NCBI RefSeq assembly: GCF_009914755.1
Contig: NC_060928.1
DNA: 64,000 nt
Origin: the human T2T-CHM13v2.0 reference genome, Homo sapiens
Reading direction: 5' to 3' (one strand)
How positions within the stretch are numbered: the stretch's first letter is position 1; each line of letters opens with the position of its first letter. The position numbers and the translations under genes were made by a program. Below, piece by piece: positions 39,081 to 53,110 of the stretch. Under the pieces are notes generated by a model, which was not told the origin of the DNA, made no database searches, and saw only the letters and a list, made by a program, of their open reading frames with translations.

Positions 39081-40112
39081 CATATCCTACATGTAGATAT
39101 TTTAAAGATATATGTTATTATGCCAGTAAAATAAAAGCCTCCTATATATTTATTTCTTCACATCCATCAAGAAAAGGTTTATGGTTTTTTCTTGTTTTTG
39201 TTTTGTTTAATTTTGCAGTTAGGAGAGAGGGTAATTGGATCTGTTTCACCTTTCTTGAAATCAGTCAAATTTAAGCTTGAGTTTTACAAAATTTTCTAAT
39301 AAGAATAATAATAAGTAATCCCTCCTGAGCACCTGTTATCTTGAAACACTGTTCTAGGTGCTTTGTATGTCTGACTTAATTTTTCCTTGCAGTAGCCCCA
39401 GGCAGCCTGCTGTCTAGGCATTCCTATTCTTACCATCTACACAAACTAAGGCATTGAGAATAACTCAGCCAAGTTTACCCACATCAGAAGGGATGGAATC
39501 TTGATCCAGCCAAGGCTCCTCAATTGTACTACACTGTCCACAATCAAAATTCAGTTTCTGTTATTGATTCCTACATCATGGAACAGAATTGTATTATGAC
39601 TCAAAAATCCTTGCAGGCTTAAGAGCCAGTATGGAAATGGACTTTAACCAATCAGAATGCATCCTAGGACCCTGCTGTGTCAAGCATTAATCTTTTGGTT
39701 ACTAGATCGTGAAGCAGTTGAGGAGTTCCAAAAGCAGGAGCCACACTGACAGAGTCTGGGCACTTGGAGGGCCTGGGCAGCAGCTAGTATTTTAATATTT
39801 TTACAACTGGTACTGCCATGATGGTGCATCCCAGCCGAATATCAACCCCGGTCTGATGCATCAAAATAAAGATGTCAGGAAAAAGTGTCTGGACTATTTT
39901 CAGAGTCTGGTGCTTCGTTCGTTCAAGGTTATTGTTCTTGGATGCAGCTGCCACTAAGTAGAATTTCCTTAGAGGGAAAATCCACAATTTCTGGTGGGAA
40001 AATGGAGGCAGCGAAATTATATCCTAGGCTTCTAGGCTCTATTTCTCTTGTATCTCCAGGCCCAAAAAGGGTACCTGGCACAAAATAAATACTCAACAAG
40101 AATTGCTATGAA

Positions 40113-40920
40113 TAAAATGCAAATCAAAGCCACAATGAGATACCATCTCACGCCAGTCAGAGTAGTGATTGTTATTAAAAAGTCAGGGAATAACAGATGC
40201 TGGTGAAGTTGTGGAGAAATAGGAATGCTTTTATACTGTTGGTGGGAATGTAAATTAGTTCCACCATTGTGGAAGACAGGGTGGGGATTCCTCAAAGATC
40301 TAGAACCAGAACTACCATTTGACCCAGCAATCCCATTACTGAGTATATGCCTAAAGGAATATAAATCATTCTATTACAAAGATGCATGAACACATATGTT
40401 CATTGCAGCACTATTAACAATAGCAAACACGTGGCATGAACCCAAATGCCCATCAATGATAGACTGGATAAAGGAAATGTGGTACTTATCCAGCCACAAA
40501 AAAAAAAAAAAACAAAAAAAACAACAAAAAAAAAAACCCAAGATCATATCTTTTGTAGGGGACATGGATGGAGCTGGAAGGATTTGGAAGCCATTATCCT
40601 CAGCAAACTAATGCAGGAACAGAAAACCAAACACTGCTTGTTCTTGTTTATAAGGGAGCTGAACAATGAGAACACATGGACACAGGGAGGGGAACAACAC
40701 ACACTGGGGCCTGTCAGGGGATGCGGTTGGGGGAGGGAGAGCATTAGGAAAAATTGCTAATGCATGCTGGGCTTATTACCTAGGTGATGGGTTGATAGGT
40801 GCAGCAAACCACCATGGCACACGTTTACCTATGTAACAAACCTACACATCCTGCACATGTACCCTGGAATTTAAAAATCAAAATCAAAATAAAATAATAA
40901 TGAATAAATAAATAAATAAA
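40113..40920 (+). mobile_element. 5'-truncated L1PA (older primate subfamily): ORF2 3' end and 3' UTR
   Basis: atgcaaatcaaagccacaatgagataccatctcacgccagt...gacccagcaatcccattact...gtgcagcaaaccaccatggcacacgtttacctatgtaacaaacc, then an A-rich tail. Confidence 0.93.
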
Positions 40921-43574
40921 AGTAACTCACCCAAACTGGATTAAATGTTAGGTCAACCCAGGGAGGTACATAGAACACCAGTCTATAAAGGACGCTAAAG
41001 TATTGCTATAGACAAAATGAGACAGAGCATGCTATATGTGGTAGAAGGAAAACTTGTGTGAGTTACTAGAGGTGGAAAAATAAAACCCCTGAGGATGTGC
41101 TCACATCATAATAGATGTTCCATCAACCACCATCTTAGGATGCCAGTTAGCCACAGACCTTTTATGTGGTTGAACAGCACATGCAAGTTTGGAGCCAGAG
41201 GTGAATTGCTTGGAAAAATAAAAGGAGTAAGGCTAGTGCTGCCTCCCGAGGCTCTCCCACTCACACTTTGCTGGAAGTGGTTCAAGTCCCTCTGCAGTAG
41301 CAAAGTGTGAACACTGTTGAATGTTAATGACAGAAACCATGGCAGGCACTTTACTGAGAGGAAAAAGTGCGGCACCCATTATGGAGAGTGGGGAAGAAAG
41401 ATTGGCAATGGCTTTACCCTCAGTGGGAGAAGGTTGAAGTGGCCCCAAGATTGAAATCATCCTGGAGGTGTTAACACTTCAAGTCTGTGTTCAAACTTTG
41501 CTGCCTTCTGCTGCAGAGGATTTGCCTACAAATAACAATAACAAGAATAATAACTAGAATAATACCTGCCACCTTTTATTTAGCATTCATTGCGCCCTAG
41601 GCTAAGCCTTTATGAGGCTCTTCTCATTACATCTTTTTAACAACCCTATGAGGAGGGTATTATCATTCCATTTTACAGCTGAGTGTTAACAGACCATAAA
41701 CTCACCAAGGAAATCCTCAAAACATGGCTGATATTCAACCTCTCCTATAGATTTGCAGACTCTGTTTTTTGTCACCCCACTCCAGGGTGCCACGTTAAAT
41801 ATATGTATATTTTAGCATCCTTGACATCTTTAAATGATATCATCTGAATTTTTACCTAGATATTCTGTTTCATTTACCTTTAAGTCCCCAAATCAGGATT
41901 GAAATTCCTTTTCATTCACACAGAAAGAATATTTATATTACTACCCATGGCTTCAAGCAGGACAAAATCCCTCTCCACCATGAGTGACTCTGAACTTGAT
42001 TTTTGGTGTAACAGCCCTCACATTGTACCATTACATATATACTCAAGGGCAGAAAATAAATAATAAATTATAGCATTTCTTATGTTTGCTTTGCACCATC
42101 CAAGATGTCAATCATATTGTGGGGAGTAACGCCTTCTGACCACTGACATTTAGGTACAACGCTGAAGGACTATTTCTCCAGCTAGCACTTCAACACGGTT
42201 CTCTAATATCTTAAAGATCAACCTTAACAACAACAATGATGACAAAGGTATGAATTTTATCAGTTACAAGGTATAAAAAAAGGTTTTGAAATATGAACAA
42301 CCTTATCATTGATTTCTTTCTTTTTAGGCCAAAAGAGCATATATCATTCAAGCTATGGGGACAAAAATAAATTGTTGCCAGAGGCTGTTCAAATGGAAAC
42401 CAGTAGCACCCTTCAGGGTTCAATGTACTTTTTTGTTTCTTTTTTCCTACCCAGACTCTCAAAGGGACAAACACATGCAGGAAAGTGATCCTGGAAAGAA
42501 GGGGTTAATATAAGCTGCACAGTGCACTCAGTGATGCCTTAAATAATTGTCACATGTCCCCTATAATCTGTCCCATGCTGTCAGCACTGAGTTAGTCATA
42601 ATAATATCAGATAAGAGCTGTTCAAAGTGACACACTAACCAACATGGGAGCCACATGACTTTCTGGCTTGGCTACTGCCCTTCAGCTGAACTTTGGCTTA
42701 GAACACAAGGCTCCCAGAGGCAGCCTGGCACATGCCGCCGCGTGGAGTGTCCGGTGGCATTTTCCGTTGCTAGGGCCTCTGTTGCTTCACAGTCTAGTGA
42801 GGGGCAGCTGGGGATCAGTGACAGGGAGTCGCCTGCTCACCCCACCTCTGGGGACAGGGAAAGGAATTGGCTGCTGTGGTGGCCGCTGCCTTTCTGAGCT
42901 TGTGCTGGGACTCCCTGTCCCCTCCACAGTTGATTAGTTTTGCAAATGTGTGTGTCACGCGTTATGCCAAGAACCACAGCAGGGAAACTCGGACCCCCAA
43001 AGGGAGTTTGTGCTGGAAGAGGTAGAGAAGGAATGTGACTCTTGGCTAAGAGGACACAAAGGCAAGGGCAGGAAGGAAGGAGGAAAAAAAAAGGAAGGAA
43101 AGTTATTACCTCTGGGTAGAAGGTTACTGTAGACTAGCTCTATTTTATTTGTGCTTTTCTGTATCCCCGCCCTGACTTTTTTTTTTACTTCCAGCATATT
43201 TTAGATTTTTAATTTAAAAAGTTAAGGCACATATTTTTTAAAGGAGAATAAAGAAAGAATAGTGAAAAAGAGGAAGAAAGGAAGGTGACCCATTCACTCA
43301 CTGATTCATTCACAAAGCAGAGACCAGAAAGGAAGCAAGAATCCAATGTCATCTGACATTGGATTTGAGAACATTTATTGGCAGTGTGCCTCTGGCATAC
43401 TTACCTAACACCTCTCTCTAAGCTTTATTATCCTCGGCAGTAAAATGGAAAAATAATACCTAAGTTACAAGACTGCCATGGGGATAAAAAGAGGTGATAT
43501 ATGCTAAGTGGCTAACAAGTGGTAGGTGCTCAATAATCAGTAGCTCATGGGAAGCCATGGAAGTTATGACGATC

Positions 43575-43780
43575 TTTGGAGTCAGAGATACCCAGATCCA
43601 AAGTCTGACTCCAGCACTTACCATGGTGTGACCTCAGGCAAATTATCTCACCTTGCGGAGCCTCAGTTTCTCATGTACAAAATGGGGATAATGATACCCC
43701 ATTGTCAGGGTTGTTAAAAGGAGTTACTGTTAATGCTTTACACTTGGCAAATAATCAGGCACATGGTAGTTATACAGTAA
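43575..43780 (+). mobile_element. MIR (a second MIR fragment lies at ~43360-43545)
   Basis: ctttggagtcagaga...gtgtgacctcaggcaaattatc...gagcctcagtttctcatgtacaaaatggggataat. Confidence 0.75.
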
Positions 43781-44024
43781 TTTGTAACAGGAGTTGCCAT
43801 AGTGGTGGTGGTCATAGTAGCTAAAAATAGAAAGAAGGCAAATCCATTCATTAATTCAACAAACGGAAATAGCAAGATGTACAAGTAAAAGTAATAATCA
43901 GACAAATGTATAGAGAAGAGATAACTAAAAACCAAAGGTACTGATCAATAAAGATTGGAAGAGTCTAAAAGGACCCAAATACATGAGAAGACAGAGAACA
44001 AGAGAATGCTCTTAGTGGGACTAA

Positions 44025-44062
44025 TTAGTTCCTCGCTTAGTTCCTCGCTTAGTTCCTCGCTT
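44025..44062 (+). repeat. Perfect 12-bp tandem repeat (TTAGTTCCTCGC)x3
   Basis: Three identical units, read directly. Confidence 0.95.
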
Positions 44063-47000
44063 GGCTGGGAACTATCTAGTCCATCCTCCTTCTGCCTCCA
44101 GGGAGCTAATGCTATCCTTCCATTCTATAGATCGAAGTGCAGACGTCTCCAGTGGCTTTTCCCAGATCACACAGCTAATAAGTAGCATAAAAGGGGTCAA
44201 AGCTCAGGAGTGCCCCTACTGTGCTCTTTTAGGAAAGGCATTACCAAAATTAAATATAAATAGAGAAACATTAGCAACTAAACTAAAAGCAACAAATGTC
44301 AGCAGAGAAAAATTATTGTTTACTTTAGGGAAAATGGAAAAAACGAAGTAGTGTTTTTTTAAAAAAATAAAATACAAGAAATGGTAGCTTAACGAATTTT
44401 TTTTTTGAAAAATGAGAAATAAAAAACTGTATTTAGTAGAAAGACATCTTATTGGAGATAAATCTTAGAAGGCAGAATTTCATGGAGAACTTAAGAGGGA
44501 AGAATTCCAGTTGGAAGGAGGAAAGCAAGATTTTCCTGTTCATGTACTCAAGTCTGATTCCTCAGGGTACTGCATATTCTAAGATTTCTCTGACAAAATT
44601 CCATAGCAATTTGCTCAGAAGAGGAGAAGGCCACCAACACATGGGGTCCAGGAATCAGTCTCGCCGTTCTAAGCTGTTAACATTAGACAGGTGCTTCAAG
44701 GAGAAGAAAGAACACTTGTGTTGTCCAGTTGGGCAGAGTTTTCCCGACAAGTGGTGACTCTAGTGGTATAAAAATCAGAAAACCCTAAAGGGAAAGTGAA
44801 GTGAAATAGGAAGGAATTGGGGCCAGCCAATGCCTGGAGCTTCTTCCCAATTCTTCTGGTGCCAAAACGTCTGAAAGCTCTGTGAATTTTTTTTTAAGTA
44901 GGGGCCATTCCCTTTCCAGAAGCCAGGCGGAGTGCTGGAACAGAAAACAACCACAAAGAATGAAGTCTACCTCTTTCCTTTGTTATTCAAGAGCTGTGTG
45001 GAATGGGCCTCTCCCTAAAGCTCACCACCTTCATTGAATTTTTCTCCTATGTAGAAAGAAAAGTCCTCAGTTTGTTTTGGAGAATAAATGAGATAAAGTA
45101 AGCAAATATATCTGATGCCTGGTAAGTTATACTATTATTTTCACTTTGCTTCCAGGAGTAAGTGTTTGCAACTTTCTCTTCCCTACCACACAAATAGTTG
45201 ATTTGTTGGACCAACTCTCAACCTCACCTCATACCAGTAGGAGGATTGTGAGCCTGAAGCAAGAGAAACTCATGTGGAAATGGGTGACAGAGGAACTGGA
45301 GAATGGAAAGAAGAAAGGAAACATGATTTAATATTAAGGAAAATAGCCTACTGGCCCAGCAAACTCTGAGAGGCTAGAAAGCATTTTATTTTAGACAGCT
45401 TTCTGGCTATCACCTGAAGTTTATGAGAGCTAGCCTTGCCTGTGCCATGTGTATAAATCATCCCTGCCCACTTATTAATAATCATAATGCCTTCTTTTAT
45501 ATAGAGTTCTTTGGAAGGCACTTTCACATACATCACCTAATCATTCATATGCCACAGGGTATCAGCAGCTGCCAGCCACTCATCCGCCCAAGTGGGCAAA
45601 GCAACTCGGTCTTTGGTTATGTAAATATGAGGCCCACAGGCACCATGACTTCAGGAAAAGGTGTAATGTGTCCTGTGTGTCTCCCAATATCCTTTGCTAG
45701 GCCGAACTGTCCACTGGGGAAAGGTGAATACACTGGCATAGGGGCTAAGGAGATCCCTGGAAAGAAAAATGGAAAGGTCTCACTTGATGCCCAAAGTTAT
45801 TAGAATCCCTCTGTTAGAATGGGGCAGTCTCAAAGTTTTAAAGGAGCACCCACAAGAAAGGTGGGAAGGTTAAGTGGGTGGTGACATGGGGAAGGGTGAA
45901 TCTGGCTGAGACTGCAAACTGCCTAGGACCTGCTGCCCTGTCTTGGTGTAATGCTATGAGGAGCACTAACCTAGCATGTGAGTGTGATGAAAGAAAAGTG
46001 GCAACTTAAAGTCAAAACAAGGGGACGTCACTGGATCCATGTAGAGAGCTGTGGTAACAACAGCCCCTACAGAGCAGAGGCCCAGCCTCCACTGTGCTAT
46101 GCAGGATCAATGTTCAGCAGCGACACTGTGTGGCAGCAACTGAAGTAGCCGTGCTAGTAGACAGCATGGCATCCAACCTTTTCCCGCAACCACCCCCTGC
46201 AGACTGGTGGGGTTTTTGTTTTGTTTTCAAGGCTGAGCTAACTAGCCTAAGTCAACCCCTAGTTACTTGGAACAATTGGGATTGTAATCTGTGGAATGAT
46301 GGAGAGACTTCATGAAGGAGATTTTGATCTCCTGCTGATAATGGTGTCTGAGACTCTCTATTGACTAATCAGAATAACAAGAGACATAACTACATGTGTG
46401 TGGCCCATGCTGGTGAAGCTAATCATATTGGTTACATTTGCAAAAAACCCAGCAAAACCTCTGAGTTAGGCACTATGATATAGGCAGAGAAGTTACTATT
46501 AGTCTCAATTTATTGATAAGGAAACTGAGGCTCATCTAGGTTTTAAGTGGCTTGCCCAAGACCCCGGATCCAGGAAGTGAATAAGCAGGTTCCCTTTCCA
46601 ATGGAGAGGATTTTAGTTAAACAAAAAACAATTGCCACTGCCTTTCTCTCCTTTGGAACCAAGGTGGAATATCCCACCAGATCTTGTGGAATTGTCTCTG
46701 CATGTGAGCTGCACCCTTTCACAAAGCTTCCCTGTCTTTTCCACTCCCCTACATGTACTTGGGCAGAAACCAAGCTCGAGGTTCTGCTCACATGCTTGTG
46801 GTTTGGCTCCCAGCTGGGGATCACATTCTCTGCTCCACAGGCAAAGCCAAGGATCCTTCTTGCAAAATACTACTGGTGTCCTGGTGCCACCTCCCGAAAG
46901 AGCTGCCCACAATGCTCGCATGCCTGGGAGGTAGGGTGAGCAGGATCAAGCACTGGCAAGCAGGACATCCAGCAAGAAAAGATTATGCCTGCTCTTTCTC

Positions 47001-47934
47001 CCAGTAAGTTTCCTAAGAGCCATAGACTTGGTCATTAATAAATCCACACAATTTCAGGAAACCTCTCAGATACAAATTGGTGAAATTAAAGTGAGACAAC
47101 ATCTGGAAGTAAATTATATACTAATTTTGGCTATTTTCTTGCTGCTTACACACTTAGCAGAGAAAGAGCAAATGTCCACGGATTTCTGGTTCACAGGTAC
47201 TTTTTTTCCTAGCTGTATCATCATAATGATAATGTTAGTAGATATCAATTTTTGTATCAGGCCCCCTACTGTGCAACTCCAAGGGATACTACTTACATAG
47301 AATACCATGTAAATAGTGCTCCCCAGAGGTATGCAATATGGCTTTTTCCATAGAATTATTTCCTTAATCCAGGCATAAAAATTATTTACCAGTATCTTAT
47401 TTTATTACAAATAACAAACCACGTGGTAGACATTTGTATCTCTGTTTTACATGTGAGAAAAACAACAGGCATTGAAAGTTTAAGTGATTTGCCTATGGTC
47501 ATATAAGTAGTAAGTTGCAAAATCAGGAAGTCAGGATTCAAACTCAGTGCTATCTGAATCCAAACCTCATGTTCTTAACTGTTTCATTATCCTAACTGAA
47601 GCCCTTGTATAACAGTAAGACATGAACCTTAAAAAAAAAAATTGCTAAGTTGGTTAACATCTAAATGTTGAGCCTATATATAAACAGCCTATACATGTAT
47701 TTTTTTCAAGAAGAAAATAGTTTATGTGTTCTGTCTTCTTAGCATGTAAGACTTTTCAGCACGTTTAATTTAGTGAATATTAAGTATTGATATTACTGCA
47801 TATGAATTCCTATGTACATCGAGGAAAAAAGTTTAATCAATTTTATTTCATTTTAAATAAGCTAATATTACCACAAAGCTTTCAGATACAACTGATTCAC
47901 CAAAATGATTGGCGAATCAATACAATAAGTAAGA

Positions 47935-48140
47935 TGTATTGAATGCCTACTATGTACTATTCTAAGTCATTTTCATATATTAGCATGTCTAATACCCCGA
48001 AAATGCATATAACATAGGCACTGTTTTCAGCTCTACTTTGCACAGATGGATTGAGAAACTTGCCCAAGATCACATAGCTACTAAGTGAAAGACCCAGAAT
48101 ATGAACCAGGCAATCTGGTTTTAGGTTCTACTCTATAGCC
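47935..48140 (-). mobile_element. MIR
   Basis: tattgaatgcctactatgt...acttgcccaagatcacatagctactaagtg...tgaaccaggcaatctgg. Confidence 0.7.
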
Positions 48141-48208
48141 TCCAAGATCTGAAGTATGGCAATCCACAGGACATGAAAAGCAGCAGAGGGAGTCAAGAAG
48201 CCTAATCA

Positions 48209-48634
48209 GAACAAGCGCAGTGGCTCACGCATGTAATCCCAGAACTTTGGGATGCCAAGGTGGGCAGATCACCTGAGGTCTGGAGTTTGAGACCAGCCTG
48301 GGGAACATGGACAAACCCCATCTCTACTAAAAATATAAAATTCAGCCAGGCATGGTGGCAGGCGCCTGTAATCCCAACACTTTGGTAGGCCGAGGCGGGT
48401 GGATCACTTGAGGTCAGGAGTTCAAGACCAGCTTGGGCGACATGGGAAAACCCGTCTCTACTACAAATACAAAAATTAACTAGGCGTCTTGGTGCGTGCC
48501 TGTAATCCCAGCTACTCGGGAGGCTGAGGCAGGAGAATCGCTTGAACTGGGAGATGGAGGTTGCAGTGAGTCGAGATCGCACGACTGCACTCCAGCCTTG
48601 GTGACAGAGTGACTCCATCTCAAAAACAAAACAA
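48209..48634 (+). mobile_element. Trimeric Alu (left-left-right arms) within a single TSD
   Basis: Two left monomers are followed by a right monomer. TSD aagcctaatca at 48198-48208 and 48635-48645. Confidence 0.9.
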
Positions 48635-49247
48635 AAGCCTAATCATGTGAAAACAAGTAAATAAACTAAACACAGACTCCCAGAATGGAGCAAAGCACCA
48701 GCTCCTGCATGTACTGAACATGACAGGCATAGGCTTCTAGAAAATGCTCAGAAATAAGAAGGCACTTCTGTGCGAAGTCACGAAGAAGACCAGAGACCAG
48801 GAGGGGTGCCATGAAGGTCAATTGCTAAGGCAACAAACCACTAATTTCATGGTCCACAGAATGATACACCTCTTTTACCAGAACAGAGAGGGAGAAAGGA
48901 TACGAGATACTATATGATTATAATATTTCCAAAGTCCCTAGGTAGCTTCTCCTGATTTGTCTTACTTCTACTGCTTTCATGGTAGTTTTACAAGTGAAAT
49001 CTGCCTTTCGTTTATTTATTGGCTTTCTCCCACCAACATAGGGAGCTGATTAATCTTCAAAATATCCCCATGCAATGTGCAGATGCATTCCAAAATGCTG
49101 CTGATCCCGTCTGTACCAGGAAATTGGGGCAGAAAGTTCTGCCACTTCTGCCCAAAGTAAAACTTGGCACTAAGCCAGAGGTAGAACTGTGGATCAACCC
49201 CAAAAGTGCCTATTCCCAGCCCACAACTTCCTTTTTCTTTTCACTAG

Positions 49248-49307
49248 AAAATAAAATAAAATAAAGTAAAATAAAATAAAAAATAAAATAAAATAAAATA
49301 AAAATAA
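49248..49307 (+). repeat. (AAAAT)n pentanucleotide repeat
   Basis: Read directly; imperfect. Confidence 0.9.
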
Positions 49308-52300
49308 CCCAGGTCATTAAATTTTGTTGACTCCTTTCAACATTTTTTTTCCTATTAAAATAAGCAAAATTTCTGCCTATCCTCAACAGGTCCAGAAAGG
49401 TAGAAATGTATTGTTCAATTTTCAATCATTGAACATAAATTCACTTGTTGGATATTACTCTCCCACTATACATACTATAAGTCTGAATGGGTTAATAGAT
49501 CTCCACCAGGGACAGAAATGATCTCTCTGCCCCTCTCCCCTGGAGGAGGAGCTGAGATATTCTGTGGCTCACAGGTACTTTTCCTGTGATATTTTTCTGC
49601 CTCATCATCACAGTCCATTCAATTATACGACTTCTCATTATTTAGGATCAATCCCCTTTCACAATGTCCCAAAGGAAAGTGCCTTGACAAGCATCCTATT
49701 CATCTCAATAGGACTTTGCAAAGTCAGAATAATATGCGTAAACACAGTTGGGCTTGGAGGTGGGTCCAAAAGAAACTATCTAATGCTGTTGTGGCAGATG
49801 AGAGCCTTGGAGAGGCCAAAATGGGTCCTATGAGATCCAGAGTAAAGATTTCAGGGAGACTAAAAAAAAAAGTGCACCAAGGAAGTAGAAGAGTTGCATA
49901 GAGACAGGAAAACCAGTAAAAAAAATTCAGTTTCTGCTAAGTATTGCTTCTGGTTCTTACCTTGTATTTAATTTTAGCATCTTTGGGTATCTTGAGTAAG
50001 AATTGTTACAGGTAAAGTCTTAAGAACCATGAAAAGTCCCTCCCTGGAAGGTAGAGGCACCAAGGTACACTTCCTCATTTAGAAGTAAAAAATGCACATC
50101 TTCTTCTGGTCCAACAATTTTCTAGGTCATTCATTTATTTATTCTTTCATTAAATGATTGCACTTATAATACATGTCATATGTTATTCTAGATAGTCACC
50201 ATAGGATACAGTAACAAACAAGACATGCCTTCCAGGAGCATGCAGTAGAGAGAGAAAAACTGACTCTGCAAGACTGTTTAAGATGTACAATGATGGAGAG
50301 CAGAGAATGATGAATGCTAAAGATGACACGGAGAGCTCTTCTTGAAGATTCACAGTGTAAAGCACCATGAACATGAATGGGAGTGTGAAAGACCTGAAGA
50401 AAAGAAGGACACCAAATGGAGTGGTAGCACCATAGTCCCTTTCATTAGGCAGGGATCACATAGAGAAAACATGGAGGTTTGAGCATGAAAATTAGAAACA
50501 GATAAACAAGAAGGTTAGGAGGTCAGAGAAATAGTGTAGGACAGTGACAGAGAAGCAAACCTTCCTCCCATCCCCCTAGGACATGACTTTCGCTTAGGAG
50601 AAGTAAGAGCTAAGGAGAGAGCATGTCTGCTGCCCAACAAAGGTTGGTCACTGGTGGCCATATGGCATCATGTGGCTGCCCCAGTGGATGCTCCCTTGGT
50701 GTCAGGGAGAAGCCTCCACAGCTGCTCTTGCTCAGATGCTCAACAAGGCTATTTTGGGCTGGATGGGGTCCATGGTGATGACTGCCCAGCCTGGGCAGCT
50801 TACCCAGTGTTGCTTTTTAGCATTCTGTTTTTCTTGTCACTTAGCTCTCTACCATACAATTACTCAAATAAGGAAAAGAAGAAGGAAAAAGGGAAGAAGA
50901 ACATGACTACATCTTATTTTTAGTACTCAAATCAATGGTAGCAACCTCCTGTGCATTTCAATAAGAACTTTGCATATCAAACACCCCCCCAAATAAAGCA
51001 TAGTAAACATATTAAAATCCATAATGACATTTTTCTGTGCTGTTTTAAAATATGTTTGTTTGTTTTGAAATACCAAAATGGCTCAGCCCAAATTAAAGAC
51101 TAATTCATTGACAGATGGGCCAAAATAATGCATAAATACAATAAGCATACTCAAAAATGTGTGTTTCACCTTATTACCCTCTAGGTCAAAGGATGTTTAG
51201 AAAATAACAACTATCTTTTATTTCAATATATTTTCCTTCCAAAGAACCAAAGCACATTTCAAAGATTATCATGATCACAGGATTCTATAGTGGTAGGAAT
51301 CTCAGAGGTTTTGCTGCCTTTGCCTATGTTTGAACATTTTCTGGAAAATAAATTTCCCTCTCTAGAGATAGAGAAAGGATTGAGGAACAGCTAACCAAGA
51401 AATGCCACAAACTTAGAAGTTATAGAGATCCCCAATTCAACACTAATAATGGCTACCATCTAACTAACTATGCAGACACTAATGCTGAGAACTTCAGAAT
51501 ACAATATCATAATTTAACTCTCACAACTCAAGAAGAAAGTGATTTTACCCTAGGTTTATCTACAAGAACAATGAGGCCCAAGGACATAACCAGTAAGAAA
51601 AGAACATAATAAGAACCTCAGCATCTGGTCTGTTTTTCAAAAGTAGCATATTATCCCTCAACCACAAGGAAAAAAGGTCACTCTCATTATTTTAAGCCAT
51701 CTCTTCTCATCTTCCCTCACTTGGAAGTATTCAGAATCTGCAATAACTATGAATTTGAAAACATATTTCACATCCTTCAACGTTCCTGGAACCTTCCCTA
51801 GAGCTCTAACTTCTCAAGGCTCCCCTAATTTATCCAAATTTGTAAAATGTAATCAATGATTTATCAGAACCAGTCTGGGTCTTCCTTCAATAATTAATTT
51901 ACCAAACAGTAATTAATTTATCAAACATGTATTAAGTACCTTCTTTTGTCATGTACTGTTTCATCGACAGACATGAAAAAATACAACCCTGGTCTTGAGA
52001 AACTCAAGAGACATGCAGAAATATCTGCAGCAATGTAACAAACCATCTTATAACAGAGAACTGTGGAAGACGCTACATGGAACGCAGAAGAGAAAACAGT
52101 GCCAACTCCACCATTAGCTTCAGGGAAGCTCCAGAAGGAGGTGACATTTCATTTAAGTCTTAAAAGATGAGTTGGAATTTCTCAGGTGACCTCAACAGGC
52201 AATTGTCCAAGGAAGAAGGACAGATTGAAGCACATTTGAGATTTCCATTTGAAAACATTTTATAGATTCTGCTATCATGTTAAAAACAAATCACCAAACA

Positions 52301-52800
52301 AAAAAGAAAAATCTCATTTTTACTGACTCACTAACTCTACATGCTAATGAAAATATCAAATGAACAGTAATTGTATGGTCACTAATAGCAGCATCATGAA
52401 ACCAAATGACATCAACAAAGAAGAAAACGAAAAATTCAATTACTCCATGAAATGTTTGTAGTTAGTTAGCTCATGGAACTGTCTTGTTCTCTGGGCTTTC
52501 TGACAAACTAGATCCAGGCCTCACAAAGAGTCAGTGTGTAGGATGCAATTCCAATTTGCCTGAGTCTTTCTTGGTTGCTTGCTACTTAAAAATCCTAGCC
52601 TAAGATTATCCCCTTCCAGACTCTACAAAAAAAATTTAGCTCAAAATGAAATCAATGCACTTTAAAACCCCAAATGTAAGAAGTATCCAAAACCATAAGC
52701 TAAAATGTGGCTTCCTAGAATGTCTCATAAAATTAATGTTTGTTAAACAGATACCTTGTCAAAAACAGAAACTTGAATCACTGAAAATAGTTTTTCTTAA

Positions 52801-53110
52801 TTTTATTATTATTATAATTTTAGAGACAGGGTCTCACTCTGTCACCCAAGCAGGAATACAATGGTGCAGTCATAGCTCACTGTATCCCCCAACTCCCCTC
52901 TCTCAAGCCATCCTCCCACCTTAGCCTCCCACGTAGCTAGGCCTATAGGCGTGCAGCACAACACCCAACAAATTTTTTTAATTTTTGTTTTTCAGAGATG
53001 AGGTGTTTACTATGTTGTCAAGGCTGGTTTTGAACTCCTGGCCTCAAACTAATCTCCTGCTTTGGCCTCCCAAAGCACTGAGATTACAGATGTGAGCCAC
53101 TGTACCCAGT
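52801..53110 (-). mobile_element. AluJ
   Basis: gagacagggtctcactctgtcaccc...catagctcactg...caagccatcctcccaccttagcctcc...aactcctggcctcaa (J diagnostics). Confidence 0.9.

Noticed and set aside
40032-40760. ORFs resembling the L1 ORF2 C-terminus
   Set aside because: These come from a frameshifted, 5'-truncated L1PA remnant that cannot encode a functional protein.
45423-47007. Cluster of overlapping 84-130 aa ORFs
   Set aside because: There is no recognisable domain or exon structure; the cluster is explained by locally higher GC and starts partly in a MIR.
48202-48618. 138-aa ORF
   Set aside because: It lies entirely within the trimeric Alu and is a typical Alu-derived peptide.
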